From: Candidatus Latescibacterota bacterium
Lineage (GTDB): Bacteria > Latescibacterota > UBA2968 > SICM01
Assembly (NCBI GenBank): GCA_965217865.1
Contig: CBDCJO010000002.1
Location: forward strand, 5,632,001 to 5,696,000
Direction of reading: 5' to 3'
Length of the DNA: 64,000 nucleotides
Every line of letters starts with the position of its first letter. Within the stretch, counting starts at the first letter, position 1. Below, piece after piece: positions 41,303 through 51,842 of the stretch. A program made the position numbers and the translations under genes. The notes under the pieces were generated by a model. That model was not told the DNA's origin. It did no database searches and saw nothing but the letters and a program-made list of their open reading frames with translations.

Positions 41303-42168
41303 TCTTCGAGCAACCACAGCCTTTAATGGCCCCGCGCGTTTCGCGACACGATTTTATCCAGGAAATGCCGGCGGGGTTGGATAGCTTGTTGATGGGGAAT
41401 GGTCGAGTAACCGCCTCCTTTAAAGCGCTCCCGGGTGGATTCACCATGGAGGTCGCCGGGTTGGACGAAATGAACTCCGCTGATGACCCCCCGGATGCTG
41501 AGCCGGTAGGCCGGATAACACTTCAATTGAACGGTCCGGGGTCAGATCCCTTAAGTCCCCGGGCCCCTGCCCATCTCCGCCTGTACGACGCGACCATACT
41601 CTCGGTTCTCCCGGGGGGAAATGAAATCGAATCATTCGTTGCCGCACGCCGAAATCTGATCGTCACCCACATACGTTCCAGGTATCCGACCCCCCTCCCG
41701 GCAACGCTCGAATTCGTCAAACATCCATTCCGGAGCGCACCACCCCAGTTTAGCATTGACGGACCGTTTCGTTACCTTCATCAGAACGGCCCGGACCTCT
41801 TCTCAGGAGTAATGTGCGGATTTGTCTTTGGGTCACGGTCTCAGGCGAAAATCGGTAAGGATGGGATCGTCACCTCTTTCGAGGTACCCCCCCAAGGAGA
41901 ATGCCTGATCCTGGCGGGCGTGTCCGCAACCTGCGCCGGCCCCGATCCGACACAGAGTGCCCGGACGGAAGTCGAAGGTGGCCTTCCTCACGGCTATCTC
42001 CTTCTCCAGCGTGAACACGCCGTCTGGTGGGAGAAATTCTGGTCGAGGTCCGAACCCGGAATACCGGACCGCGGTTCGGAATCGGATTATATCCGAAATC
42101 TCTATCGGATCGCGTGTGGGGTCAATCCAGACCCAAAGGTCCAAGATCATCATAACCCAACCTCCTGA
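41299..42168 (+). CDS. Hypothetical protein resembling the N-terminal part of GH95-like glycoside hydrolases, without the catalytic barrel
   Basis: LMGNG near the start and HAVWWEKFWSRS...YIRNLY near the end; ATGA overlap with the upstream stop. Confidence 0.45.
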   Translation: MIFEQPQPLMAPRVSRHDFIQEMPAGLDSLLMGNGRVTASFKALPGGFTMEVAGLDEMNSADDPPDAEPVGRITLQLNGPGSDPLSPRAPAHLRLYDATILSVLPGGNEIESFVAARRNLIVTHIRSRYPTPLPATLEFVKHPFRSAPPQFSIDGPFRYLHQNGPDLFSGVMCGFVFGSRSQAKIGKDGIVTSFEVPPQGECLILAGVSATCAGPDPTQSARTEVEGGLPHGYLLLQREHAVWWEKFWSRSEPGIPDRGSESDYIRNLYRIACGVNPDPKVQDHHNPTS

Positions 42169-42181
42169 CTCATCGAAAGGA

Positions 42182-42634
42182 ATGGAAATGGAGATCAAGC
42201 AGATGACCTCTCCCGAGGTGAAGGCAGAGATCGACGCCAACCCCGACGCGATCTACCTGGACGTTAGAACAGAGATGGAGTTCCAGATGGGCCATCCCGA
42301 AGGGGCGATTAACATTCCCGTGGTATTCCCCGACCCGGCCACGGGCGGGATGAAACTGAATCCCGATTTCCTGCCGGTGGTCGAGAAGATCCTTCCTCGA
42401 GAGAAGCAGATCTTCTGTGGTTGTCAAATGGGCGGACGATCTCAGAAGGCTGCAGAAATCCTGGCCCAGGAAGGGTATACAAATTTGGCGAACGTTAAGG
42501 GGGGGTTCGGAGGCGCCAGGGATATGAGCGGCAACGTCGTTGTTCCAGGCTGGCAGGCATCAGACCTTCCGGTGTCGGGAGACAGCAGCGATGAAGTCTC
42601 ATACTCAGGCTTAAAGAAGAAAGCAGGCCTCTAA
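42182..42634 (+). CDS. Rhodanese-like domain protein
   Basis: YLDVRTEMEFQMGHPEGAINIP, CQMGGRS active loop, VKGGF...W. Confidence 0.92.
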   Translation: MEMEIKQMTSPEVKAEIDANPDAIYLDVRTEMEFQMGHPEGAINIPVVFPDPATGGMKLNPDFLPVVEKILPREKQIFCGCQMGGRSQKAAEILAQEGYTNLANVKGGFGGARDMSGNVVVPGWQASDLPVSGDSSDEVSYSGLKKKAGL

Positions 42635-42709
42635 TTCATTCGTGGGTAATAAACGTTAGTCCACGTCGTTGATGACCCTCGTCTCGGTATTTTATCGGGG
42701 TGAAATCAA

Positions 42710-43048
42710 ATGGTCTATGAACATCGGAGTTACGATATTGAACCGGATATGCTGGATCAGTATGTCGCATGGGCAAACGAAAAAGCCCTGCCCCTGCTGA
42801 TCGGAAAATTCGGGTTCGATGTGGTGGGATTCTGGAAAAAAACGGGGACACCGCCGGAAATCGAGGAGGAATCACCGGCAAACATCGTTTGGATCATCCG
42901 GTGGGAAAACGAAGAAAAGAGAAACGAGGCGTGGAAACACGTGAGAGCGAGCGGGGAATGGAAAGCGATTCGGGAAAATGCCCCACCTTACTGGATAAAG
43001 ATCGACAGCAAGTTCGTGGCGCCGATTGCAGGGTCGCCGATGCAATAA
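42710..43048 (+). CDS. NIPSNAP family protein
   Basis: YEHRSYDI...GFDVVGFW...WIIRWEN...AW...SPMQ. Confidence 0.88.
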   Translation: MVYEHRSYDIEPDMLDQYVAWANEKALPLLIGKFGFDVVGFWKKTGTPPEIEEESPANIVWIIRWENEEKRNEAWKHVRASGEWKAIRENAPPYWIKIDSKFVAPIAGSPMQ

Positions 43049-43195
43049 TATAATCCGGACTCTCAGTCATTTGACGCGTAACCTTTTGACATCGGTCTCG
43101 GGATTATCTTTTGGACATCTTAGGTTTGACTCCGATCATCTTTTGGCCTATAGACTCTGGAGTCTTTCGGCTCAAAACTCCGACTGTCCCTTTCC

Positions 43196-44014
43196 CTATC
43201 CGCTCCGTTTCAACTTTCCCGTACGTTTCGCGTGCATCTCAGCAAGGTGAAAAATCCAGAACCCGATCGGGACCAGCACCGCACCGGTGATCACCAGAAT
43301 TCCAAGATCCCCCTGGATATCCCCAAGGGTAGCGCCGTCCAGGAATACAGCTCGGATCGATCTCAATGCGTAAGTACCGGGGGAGATCACTGAAAGGGGC
43401 TGAAGCCAACCCGGCAACACGCTCACATCGTAGTAAATCCCGGACACAAGTGCGACAAACGTCCCCAAAATCTCCGTTGCCTGGGCGCCCTTCTCAGGGG
43501 CCATCAACGGAAAAGTGGCCGCGATCAAGCCCAGCCCAAGAAAAGAGAATCCTCCCACAACCAGAACCAACCCCGCCAGGACCAGGTCCGCCCCTCCGAA
43601 ACTCAGATCGAAAAATAACGTCGCAAGCACCAGGACAATGAGCGCCCGGAGAATGCCATAAATAATCGCATAACTGCATTGCCCCACGAGGTGTGTCATT
43701 CTGTATATCGGCGCCATGAATGTGAATTCGATCGTACCCTCCCACCGCTCCCAGGCCACGGCATCAGCGGTTTCGTAAAACAGCAGCCTGAGAAAATTCC
43801 AGAACATCGCACCAACGATCAGAAACAGGATGAAGTGTTGGACCTTGGCCGGATCATCTCCACCCATAAACTTTCCAATCAGGCCGATGGTGAGGACATG
43901 TACGACGTTCCAAACGACGAACACCACTTCCATATGGGCATAGCGCTTCGCAAGGTTGAAATTTCGTTCCACGAAGGCCATAGAGGCCTTCAATTCATCC
44001 ACCAGAGATTGCAT
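43196..44014 (-). CDS. ABC-2 type exporter permease
   Basis: WERWEGTIE, SGIYYDVSVLPGWLQ...PGTYAL; six TM helices. Confidence 0.88.
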   Translation of the reverse strand: MQSLVDELKASMAFVERNFNLAKRYAHMEVVFVVWNVVHVLTIGLIGKFMGGDDPAKVQHFILFLIVGAMFWNFLRLLFYETADAVAWERWEGTIEFTFMAPIYRMTHLVGQCSYAIIYGILRALIVLVLATLFFDLSFGGADLVLAGLVLVVGGFSFLGLGLIAATFPLMAPEKGAQATEILGTFVALVSGIYYDVSVLPGWLQPLSVISPGTYALRSIRAVFLDGATLGDIQGDLGILVITGAVLVPIGFWIFHLAEMHAKRTGKLKRSG

Positions 44015-44180
44015 CCTCTTCCCCTTTCATATGAACATTAAGTCCAAGTTTCGTCCTCATTTCCCACCCCCTCATGTTCCAAGCTTGCCGTAAGTAGTCC
44101 CGAACGTAGTGAGGAGCGTATCGAAGGGACCCAAGTCCCCCACACCCTCTAACGCCGGAATTCACGCTTCACGGTCTTTA

Positions 44181-44672
44181 TTACTCCTCATCCAGCTCCA
44201 CCAGCTCCTTACCCGTCAATTCGATGAAGATCTCCTCCATCGATGCCTCTTCCTTACCGACCCGATCTCTGAGCTCCCTAAGCGTCCCCTGGACAACGCT
44301 CAGGTTCTCCCATACCGAAAGTTTTTTGAAGAAAGCCGCATCCACCGAAACCCGATTAATGTTACGACGAACGGCCAGGGAGTCGGCCATCACGTCCTGT
44401 CCGAAAATCCTGATTTCCCCTTCATCCGGAATGATCAGCGTGGATAGCATCCGGACAAGGGTCGATTTTCCAGAGCCATTTGGTCCCAGAACCCCATAAA
44501 TCTCACCCCTTTGTATGGAAAAACTGACCCGGTCCACCGCGGTTACCCGCCTCTTTGCCCCCCTCCTGAACAAACCCTTCAACCCCGATGGAACCCCGTC
44601 TTCATCCCGCTCCTCAAAGTGCTTGCTCACGTCTTTACAAAAAACTGCGGGAGTGTTTGTTAGGTCATCCAC
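44181..44672 (-). pseudogene. ABC ATP-binding subunit with in-frame internal deletion
   Basis: Walker A GPNGSGKST is present. LSVWENL joins directly to the C-terminal GTLRELR...SMEEIFIELTG. Signature motif, Walker B and H-loop are missing. Confidence 0.8.
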
Positions 44673-44927
44673 CTCTCTTTTCTCCTAGGGTCTGTAAGTT
44701 ACCTTCACCTGTAACTGATCACAAACAGAAAGCCGCAAGAGACGTCCTGCGGCCTCGATAATTTCAGAACCGAAAACATATTCGAGATCCAAATGCAAGT
44801 CAAGCCTAAAATACCCTAATAATCACGTGAAACAGCGAATTTATCTTGACATCCATAGAATCTCGTGCGTTTTTGAGTTACTGATTCTGCTTTGACCTTG
44901 TATAAAAAGATTGGAGGAAAAGTCAAG

Positions 44928-46661
44928 ATGATCCTCTCGATAGAGACGCCAACCTCTCCCCCTTCCTGGGCCCTCTTAGAAAGGGAGCTGATTCGAGCCC
45001 AGACCCTGGCTTGTGAAGAGTTCTTCGAACGTTATTTCGACGAGCGCGGCTACCTCATCTGTGTTCCCCGCTGGGGCGGGGATGACGGACCGGACGATGC
45101 CATCGAAAATCTAACCGGCTGGTCCCTCCTCCACACCCTTGGAGGTCCGGATGCCATCCTGAACATGTACAAGAAGGCGTGGGAGGGTCACCTCCGTCAG
45201 TATACGGAAGCAAAGACCGTGGATGTGCCCTTCGCCCGGGAGGGAATGTACTACAAGGAGTTTCCTGTCCTGTTCGACTGGCTCCACAACGGCGAGGGAC
45301 TCACCGTCTTCAACCTCCAGGGCCTGTCGGATCCCTACGAGATCGAATTCGAGAAACGGGTGAGGCGTTTCGCGGGATTTTATATGAACGAAGACCCCCA
45401 GGCTCCCAATTATGACCCAAAGCACAAAATCATCCGAAGCATGTTCAACGGGAGTCGGGGGCCCCTGTTGCGAAAGGCCACTCCCCTGGACTGGGCGGGA
45501 GATCCGATCGAGGTCGAGGACAGGTTCATCCTGTTGCACGGGGAGCGAAACTATCAGGAAATGCTCGGACACTTCGAGGACTACACGGATATCGTGGGTG
45601 ACCATCCCCTGAACCTGGCGGCCACGACCCTGGCGCTGAATGGTTATGCGCTCACCGGTGAGGACAAGTATAAAAATTGGCTGCTCGAGTACGTGGATGC
45701 CTGGGTCGAGCGAACAGCCGCGAATGACGGCATTATCCCGTCGAACATCGGATTGGACGGAACGATCGGGGGTGAATGCGACGGAAAGTGGTATGGCGGA
45801 TGCTACGGTTGGGGGTTCACCGTAGTCGTGCCTCAGACAGGGGCATTGGCAGACCGTCCCTGCATCCCCCGGGGAATCGCGGGGTTCGGCAACGCCCTCC
45901 TGCTCACCGGGGACCAGGGTTACGTGGATGTCTGGGGCAATATGATCGACAAAATAAACGCCAACAAAAAGACGATCGAAGGCCAGGTCATGTATCCGCA
46001 TATGCACGGCGATGAGGGATGGTACAGTTATACGCCGCAGCCCTATAGCGAAGGCGCCCTGGATGTCTACTTCTGGTCGATGGATCCCAAGGATTTAAAA
46101 CGCCTTCCGACCACCGGATGGATCGGGTTTCTCGCCGGAGAGGAACCGGAATACCCCGAGGCTGCCTTGAAAGACGAATTCGAAAATGTGCGGAAGAGAG
46201 TTCAGGCGATGCGCGAGGACCCGACGGCACCCGACACCCGAATGTCGGACAACCCGCTGAGATTCAACCCCGCGACCGTCGGCGTGTTGATCGAGTTGAT
46301 GCTTGGGGGACTCATACCCCGCCACGGCGAACCCCTGCACTGTCGGGTTCGTTATTTCGATCCCGCGAAACGTCGAGCCGGGATTCCAGAGGACCTTGGC
46401 GCGCTCGTGGAGAACATGTCCGACCAAGAAGTGACCCTCAACCTGGTCAATATCAACCAGGTTGAAGAGCGAACCCTCGTTATTCAGAGCGGTGCCTATG
46501 CCGAACACCAGATGACCGGGGTCTCGATCGGGGACAGGGAGGTCGAGCTAGATGACTCATCCTTTACGGTCCGCCTCGCCCCCGGAGCAGGCGGCCGGAT
46601 AAAGATCAGGATGAAACGGTACGCGAACCCGCCGACTTTCGCTTTTCCCTGGGACCGGTAG
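44928..46661 (+). CDS. Conserved hypothetical protein, probable alpha/alpha-barrel enzyme
   Basis: GGAGG RBS. RWGGDDGPDDAIE, DWLHNGEG, GIIPSNIGLDG...WYGG.YGW and RYFDP.KRRAGIPED look conserved; function unknown. Confidence 0.7.
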   Translation: MILSIETPTSPPSWALLERELIRAQTLACEEFFERYFDERGYLICVPRWGGDDGPDDAIENLTGWSLLHTLGGPDAILNMYKKAWEGHLRQYTEAKTVDVPFAREGMYYKEFPVLFDWLHNGEGLTVFNLQGLSDPYEIEFEKRVRRFAGFYMNEDPQAPNYDPKHKIIRSMFNGSRGPLLRKATPLDWAGDPIEVEDRFILLHGERNYQEMLGHFEDYTDIVGDHPLNLAATTLALNGYALTGEDKYKNWLLEYVDAWVERTAANDGIIPSNIGLDGTIGGECDGKWYGGCYGWGFTVVVPQTGALADRPCIPRGIAGFGNALLLTGDQGYVDVWGNMIDKINANKKTIEGQVMYPHMHGDEGWYSYTPQPYSEGALDVYFWSMDPKDLKRLPTTGWIGFLAGEEPEYPEAALKDEFENVRKRVQAMREDPTAPDTRMSDNPLRFNPATVGVLIELMLGGLIPRHGEPLHCRVRYFDPAKRRAGIPEDLGALVENMSDQEVTLNLVNINQVEERTLVIQSGAYAEHQMTGVSIGDREVELDDSSFTVRLAPGAGGRIKIRMKRYANPPTFAFPWDR

Positions 46662-46749
46662 GGACATATCGATACCGCTCGAGTTCGTAGTTCAACCCTT
46701 CATTCCAACACCCAACCGTTCCTTGTTCCATGGCGTCCTTGGAACGATT

Positions 46750-46780
46750 AAAAAAACCCGGCACCTTTTCGGAGCCGGGT
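46750..46780 (-). terminator. Intrinsic terminator of the Nif11-type peptide gene
   Basis: Stem ACCCGGC/GCCGGGT with a U-run on the minus strand. Confidence 0.7.
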
Positions 46781-46831
46781 CAATCATCCGTTTGAAATCC
46801 CTCTGATCTATTCAAACTGACGTTTCCCTCC

Positions 46832-47065
46832 TTATGTCTTCTCGATAAACCAGCTTCCCCCCGCCACCATCGCCAGTTCCAATCCGGAGAAATCACCTCC
46901 AACCTCGTCCAGTACCGAGTGCCAGTCCTCCGTGGTGAATTCGAATCCAAACTGTTTGGCCATCTCCACAAAATCCAGGTCCTTGCCCCCCGAACGAATC
47001 TGTTCCTGGAGGTTTTCGCTGGAATTGACGGCCTCCCTGAATTTCAGAACCGCATCCGTGCCCAT
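46832..47065 (-). CDS. Nif11-like leader peptide RiPP precursor
   Basis: F.EAVNSSENLQEQI...VEMAKQFGFEFTTEDW...FSGLELAMVAGG|SWFIEKT; purine-rich RBS and own terminator. Confidence 0.85.
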   Translation of the reverse strand: MGTDAVLKFREAVNSSENLQEQIRSGGKDLDFVEMAKQFGFEFTTEDWHSVLDEVGGDFSGLELAMVAGGSWFIEKT

Positions 47066-47231
47066 TTTCGACCCCCTTTCCTGAAGGAAGGGTTGCTTCT
47101 CATCTTATAGATGGAAGCCATCTTTCAAACTTGGGGAGAGTAATTTCCGCGGTCGTCTGAAGTCAAAGTTTATGACCATCTAAAATTTCGATACTTTTGA
47201 CATTTATGGATGTGACTCAGATCACAATCCC

Positions 47232-48515
47232 TTAATTACCGGATTCCGGCCTTCCGTCGGACATAAAGGCGCCTTCCTTCTTCACCCGCTTAAAGACTTG
47301 CTCGAATTCCGCAGATCCATCCTCGTGCCACCGTTCGAATGAGATCCCTCGCACCGTCCCTTCCTCGTACCCGATAAGCCGAGACACGCCGGAATTCTCT
47401 GCGCTGATACTTCGCGGGTTGGGATCCCCAATCGTATAAAATCGGTGCCCTCCCGGCAGGTGGAGCACCCCGATGAATCTGGGCATTTCTACGTGCTTGC
47501 GACCTGCGGCCTTGGCGAGGGCCTCCTCGTCGACTTCGACGCCCAGACCGGGTCCCTCCGGGACTCTTGAAAAACCCTCAACCACCGGGATCTTCTCACG
47601 GGTGATATCCTCGTCGTACTGGTCCGTCAGCGTAATGATATGGGCGGTCGCTGTGGGCAAAACCGCAGCCTGGTGCAGGGTGAAAGCCCTCATCAGGGTG
47701 TTTCCCGACTGTTGGATGATCGTCTGGATGTTCGCGCGGCCCAGTCCGAATCCGGTAACCAAAGTATCTCCAATCCCAACTCCTCCGACCATGTAGATAT
47801 CAGCCATCCCCAGGAGGACTTCCTGTACGCCCCCCATTTGGGGGTAGTGAAAAATCAAAGGGATGCAGGTTTTCTCACGAAACCTTCGCCAACCGTCTAT
47901 ATCGCTTGCCAAAATAGGGTCTTCTATGAAACCGACGATCGGATGGTTCTCTTCTATTTCCTTGACCAGAGGAAGTACCGCACCCAGTGTGCGGTTGCGG
48001 TTGAAGTCCCAGTGGATCCGAAATCCGGGCGGGGCCACCTTTTCCGCAACCCGGGTCTGCTCTATCACATCGTAAAGTGGGCTTGAGTGCATCTTGAAGA
48101 CGGTGTAACCCTGCGCCACAGCCCGCTTAATCTCTTGGCCGAATACCTCAGGGGGACATGGGCGGGTCCAGGCCGCCACCGGCACCGCGTCTCTCACCTT
48201 CTGACCCATCAGCTTGTATGCGGGAACCTCGAGGTATTTCCCCATCACGTCGTAGAGGGCCATGCCCACGGCGAGATGGAAGTTGTTGTGGATGAAATCG
48301 AACGGATTCCGGCCGATCAGGGGTTCAATTTCCGAATCCGGCACAGGATCAGGCTTGTCCTCCCAGTCCCCGTAACCCGTCAGGCCGTTATCGGTGGAGA
48401 CTTTGACCACCAGATGTTGATCGATGTCGTACATGCGGGCACGGCCGTCCGGGGTGTCATAGCGCTTGGCCAGGGGCATCGAGACGGGGATCATCTCAAT
48501 ATCTGTGATTTTCAT
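47232..48515 (-). CDS. Mandelate racemase/muconate lactonizing enzyme family protein
   Basis: MALYDVMGK.LEVPAYKLMG, FKMH, HWDFN, IEDP, VPEGPGLGVEVDE. Confidence 0.88.
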   Translation of the reverse strand: MKITDIEMIPVSMPLAKRYDTPDGRARMYDIDQHLVVKVSTDNGLTGYGDWEDKPDPVPDSEIEPLIGRNPFDFIHNNFHLAVGMALYDVMGKYLEVPAYKLMGQKVRDAVPVAAWTRPCPPEVFGQEIKRAVAQGYTVFKMHSSPLYDVIEQTRVAEKVAPPGFRIHWDFNRNRTLGAVLPLVKEIEENHPIVGFIEDPILASDIDGWRRFREKTCIPLIFHYPQMGGVQEVLLGMADIYMVGGVGIGDTLVTGFGLGRANIQTIIQQSGNTLMRAFTLHQAAVLPTATAHIITLTDQYDEDITREKIPVVEGFSRVPEGPGLGVEVDEEALAKAAGRKHVEMPRFIGVLHLPGGHRFYTIGDPNPRSISAENSGVSRLIGYEEGTVRGISFERWHEDGSAEFEQVFKRVKKEGAFMSDGRPESGN

Positions 48516-48602
48516 GGATCTGGTCCTTCCTGATTAACTTTCTTATATCTCCTGGCATCCAATCCTTGACTTTTGAATTTGACTTTCGACCTTCGACTAT
48601 CT

Positions 48603-49739
48603 TTACCAGTTCGTATATGAACCATCATCCCTTCTATATCCCACGCCTCCCCCCTTTCGACCCGGACCGTCTTCCAAAATAGCCTCCTCGTTTATCTCGA
48701 TCCCAAGCCCCGGTCCTTCCGGGGGAGTCAGGTACCCGTCGGAAAACGGAACCTGAACAGGAAAAACATCCGTCAATGACGACCCCGGGGGGCGCGGCAA
48801 TTCCTGAACCCCCACCAGCGGGGAAGCCAGGCAAAGATGCAGGCAGGCCGCGGTTGAAACCGGTCCGAGCGGATTGTGTGGGGCCAGTGCGATATAGTGG
48901 GTCTCACACCAACCCGCGATCTTCCGGGCTTCGGTCAATCCCCCAGCGATACAGACATCCAGCCGGCAGTAATCCATCAGGTCCTCTTCGATGACCTCCC
49001 TGAAAGCCCATTTGCCCGCAAACTGTTCCCCCACGGCTATCGGAACAGAGGTCCGCTGCCGGATCAGTTTAAGGCTCGCGGGGTTTTCGCTACGAAGCGG
49101 GTCTTCGATAAAAAATGGCCGATAGGCCTCCACCCCCCTGCAGAAATCGATGCTGGCCGGTGGGTCCAGACGGGTGTGGACGTCAACGAGGATTTCGACC
49201 TTATCTCCAAGGGCCTCTCGTACCGCCTTCACCTGTTCGATTCCGAAAGGCACGGCACGGGAGGGCTCCAGGAGTCCGCCGCCCCGGGGATCTTCCAGGC
49301 CCCAGCGGACGAACTTCCAACCCGCCTCCGCAGTCTCCCGGCAGCTTGTCACCAGTTCTTCGATATCCTCTCCTCCATTGTGCGGGTAACAGACCACCCG
49401 GTCCCGCGTTCTTCCACCCAGAAGGTCGTAGACGGGGACTCCCCACGCCTTGCCCTTCAGGTCCCAGAGAGCGATATCCACGGCGCTCAGGGCAGCTGTC
49501 TGTACCAGGCCTCCCGGGAAAAACCCGCCTCGGAACATCACCTGCCAGAGGTGTTCGATGCGGGTCGGATCCTGGCCAATAAGATCCGGTTCGAACGAAC
49601 GGATGGTCTCCGCCACGGCACCCCCGCGCATCTTCAATCCCGCCTCCCCGATACCCGTTATCCCTTCATCGGTCTCAACCTTCACAAAGATAAAGTTATA
49701 GCCCGGAGCGATAAACGGTTTCAACCCTGTGATCTTCAT
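48603..49739 (-). CDS. Acid-sugar dehydratase of the enolase superfamily (DgoD-like)
   Basis: DIALWDLKGK, DVHTR, IEDP, VGEQ, APHNPLGP. Confidence 0.9.
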   Translation of the reverse strand: MKITGLKPFIAPGYNFIFVKVETDEGITGIGEAGLKMRGGAVAETIRSFEPDLIGQDPTRIEHLWQVMFRGGFFPGGLVQTAALSAVDIALWDLKGKAWGVPVYDLLGGRTRDRVVCYPHNGGEDIEELVTSCRETAEAGWKFVRWGLEDPRGGGLLEPSRAVPFGIEQVKAVREALGDKVEILVDVHTRLDPPASIDFCRGVEAYRPFFIEDPLRSENPASLKLIRQRTSVPIAVGEQFAGKWAFREVIEEDLMDYCRLDVCIAGGLTEARKIAGWCETHYIALAPHNPLGPVSTAACLHLCLASPLVGVQELPRPPGSSLTDVFPVQVPFSDGYLTPPEGPGLGIEINEEAILEDGPGRKGGGVGYRRDDGSYTNW

Positions 49740-49980
49740 GTTCTCGACCTCCGTTCTCCGGACATCTACCCGGGAGGAGTCGATATCATTGGAACCACGA
49801 AAGGGATTATTCTTGACTCGACATATGCACCTTGCTACTTTGTATTTTCAAATCGACAGACGAACATCATACGTTCTTAAGTGCGCCATGTCAAGAACTC
49901 GTCTGTGTTATCCGAATCGCGCTTGCGAGAAGCACTCTTTTTTCCGTTTTCCGTCTGCCGTTTCACGTTTCACAGGTTTT

Positions 49981-50559
49981 ATGATGTCCAGAATATTCGA
50001 TCCCGAACGCAAATCTCGACTGGATGATCCCGAACGGGCCCAATGGCAAAAACCGGACGATGTCGTGGCCGCCCTCGGCTTGGAAACAGGAGACATCGTA
50101 GGGGACATCGGCGCAGGTACAGGATACTTCGCCTTCCGCATCGGGCAACAGGTCGGTCCCTCCGGAAAGGTCTATGCCCTGGACCTCCAGGAGAAGATGC
50201 TGAGCAGCCTGAAAGAAAGAATCGCAACCGCCGGCGTAACCAACGTCATCCCGGTCTTAACAGGTCCGGTGGATACAAGTCTTCCCGATGGCTCCATGGA
50301 TCTCGTGTTCGTGGCTAACGTCGCCCACGAATTCGAAGACCTTGATGCAGGCATGCGGGAATGGTCGCGTATCCTACGGCCCGAAGGCAAACTGGTGATA
50401 GTGGACTGGAAACCGGAAGAGACGCCTAAGGGTCCGCCTCTCGATCACCGCCTCTCACCTGAGCGGATCGAACGTAGTTCCGCCTCGGCAGGTTTTTCAC
50501 ATGGGGGAAGCGTGGACGCTCTCCCCTACCACTATTTTCTGACCTTTAACAAACGGTGA
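49981..50559 (+). CDS. Class I SAM-dependent methyltransferase
   Basis: ERAQWQKPD, DIGAGTGYF, ILRPEGKLVIVDW, GPPLDHR. Confidence 0.9.
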   Translation: MMSRIFDPERKSRLDDPERAQWQKPDDVVAALGLETGDIVGDIGAGTGYFAFRIGQQVGPSGKVYALDLQEKMLSSLKERIATAGVTNVIPVLTGPVDTSLPDGSMDLVFVANVAHEFEDLDAGMREWSRILRPEGKLVIVDWKPEETPKGPPLDHRLSPERIERSSASAGFSHGGSVDALPYHYFLTFNKR

Positions 50560-50563
50560 TGAT

Positions 50564-51770
50564 GTGGCTTCTCCCGTTACTATCAAGGACCTTCAGACCA
50601 TCCTGACCGCACCCGATGGCTCCCGTTTGATCGTGGTGAAAATCATCACTTCGGAACCCGGCCTCTACGGCCTGGGATGCGCAACATTCACTCAGCGGTT
50701 TCAGGCGGTCCGAGCTGCCATCCACGAGCACATTCGACCGTTCGCCATCGGCAGGGACGTGGATCGCATCGAAGACATCTGGCAGTCCGTGATGGTCAAC
50801 GGCTACTGGAGAAACGGTCCGGTCCTGAACAACGCCATCTCCGGCCTGGACATGGCCCTCTGGGACATCAAAGGCAAGCGGGCGGCGATGCCCCTATACC
50901 AGCTGCTCGGCGGCAAATGTCGGGAAGCCGCCGCGGTTTACCGTCACGCGGATGGGAAGGACAAAGGGGAGGTGGAGGAGGACGTTCGAAAGTTCATGAC
51001 GCAGGGTTACCGCTACATCCGCGTCCAGGTCGGCGGATACGGTGGAATAGCTGCGGAACTCCACAAACCGGAGGGTGCTCTTGAGGGGGTCTACTTCGAT
51101 CCCCGTGAATACGCCCGGAAGGTCCTGGACACGATCAGACCATATCCGGGAAAGCGTGGGTCCCGCAATAGAGCTGCTTCACGACATTCACGAGCGTCTG
51201 CAGCCCATCGACGCGGTGGGGCTTGCCAAGGACCTGGAACCCTACAGACTGTTCTTCCTCGAAGATCCTCTAGCTCCGGAGGATCTGGAGTGGTTCCGGA
51301 ACATCCGGACCCAGTGCGCCACACCCATCGCCATGGGCGAATTATTCAACAATCCCAGGGAGTGGACCCCCTTGATCCAGGATCGCCTGATTGACTTCAT
51401 CAGGATGCACATCAGCCAGATGGGAGGTATCACCCCTGCCCGAAACGTCGCGGCCTTTGCAAACATGTACGGCATCCGGACAGCCTGGCACGGCCCGGGG
51501 GATGTCTCCCCGGTGGGACACGCAGCCAACCTGCACCTGGATCTCTGGGCGCCCAATTTCGGCGTCCAGGAATGGTCCGGGTTCTCCGACCTGGTCTGCG
51601 AGATGTTTCCCGGAATCCCGGAGGTCCGGGACGGATACATGTACCCGAACGATCGCCCCGGTCTTGGAATCGATATCGATGAAAAGCTGGCCTCAAAATA
51701 TCCGTGTAAGAACTATGTCGATCAATGGAGCCAAACCAGACTTCCCGATGGGACACCCGTACGTCCCTGA
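50564..51770 (+). CDS. RspA/ManD-like mannonate dehydratase-family enolase, +1 frameshift near 51137
   Basis: GLGCATFTQR, YWRNGPV, then in another frame LLHDIHERL, LEDP, AWHGPGDVSPVG. Confidence 0.88.
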
Positions 51771-51842
51771 AACTGGAAAAATTCACCTGACGGTCAAGAT
51801 CCTCCAGCCAGGACGGATCTTTTGTAATGAGGGAGAACTTGA

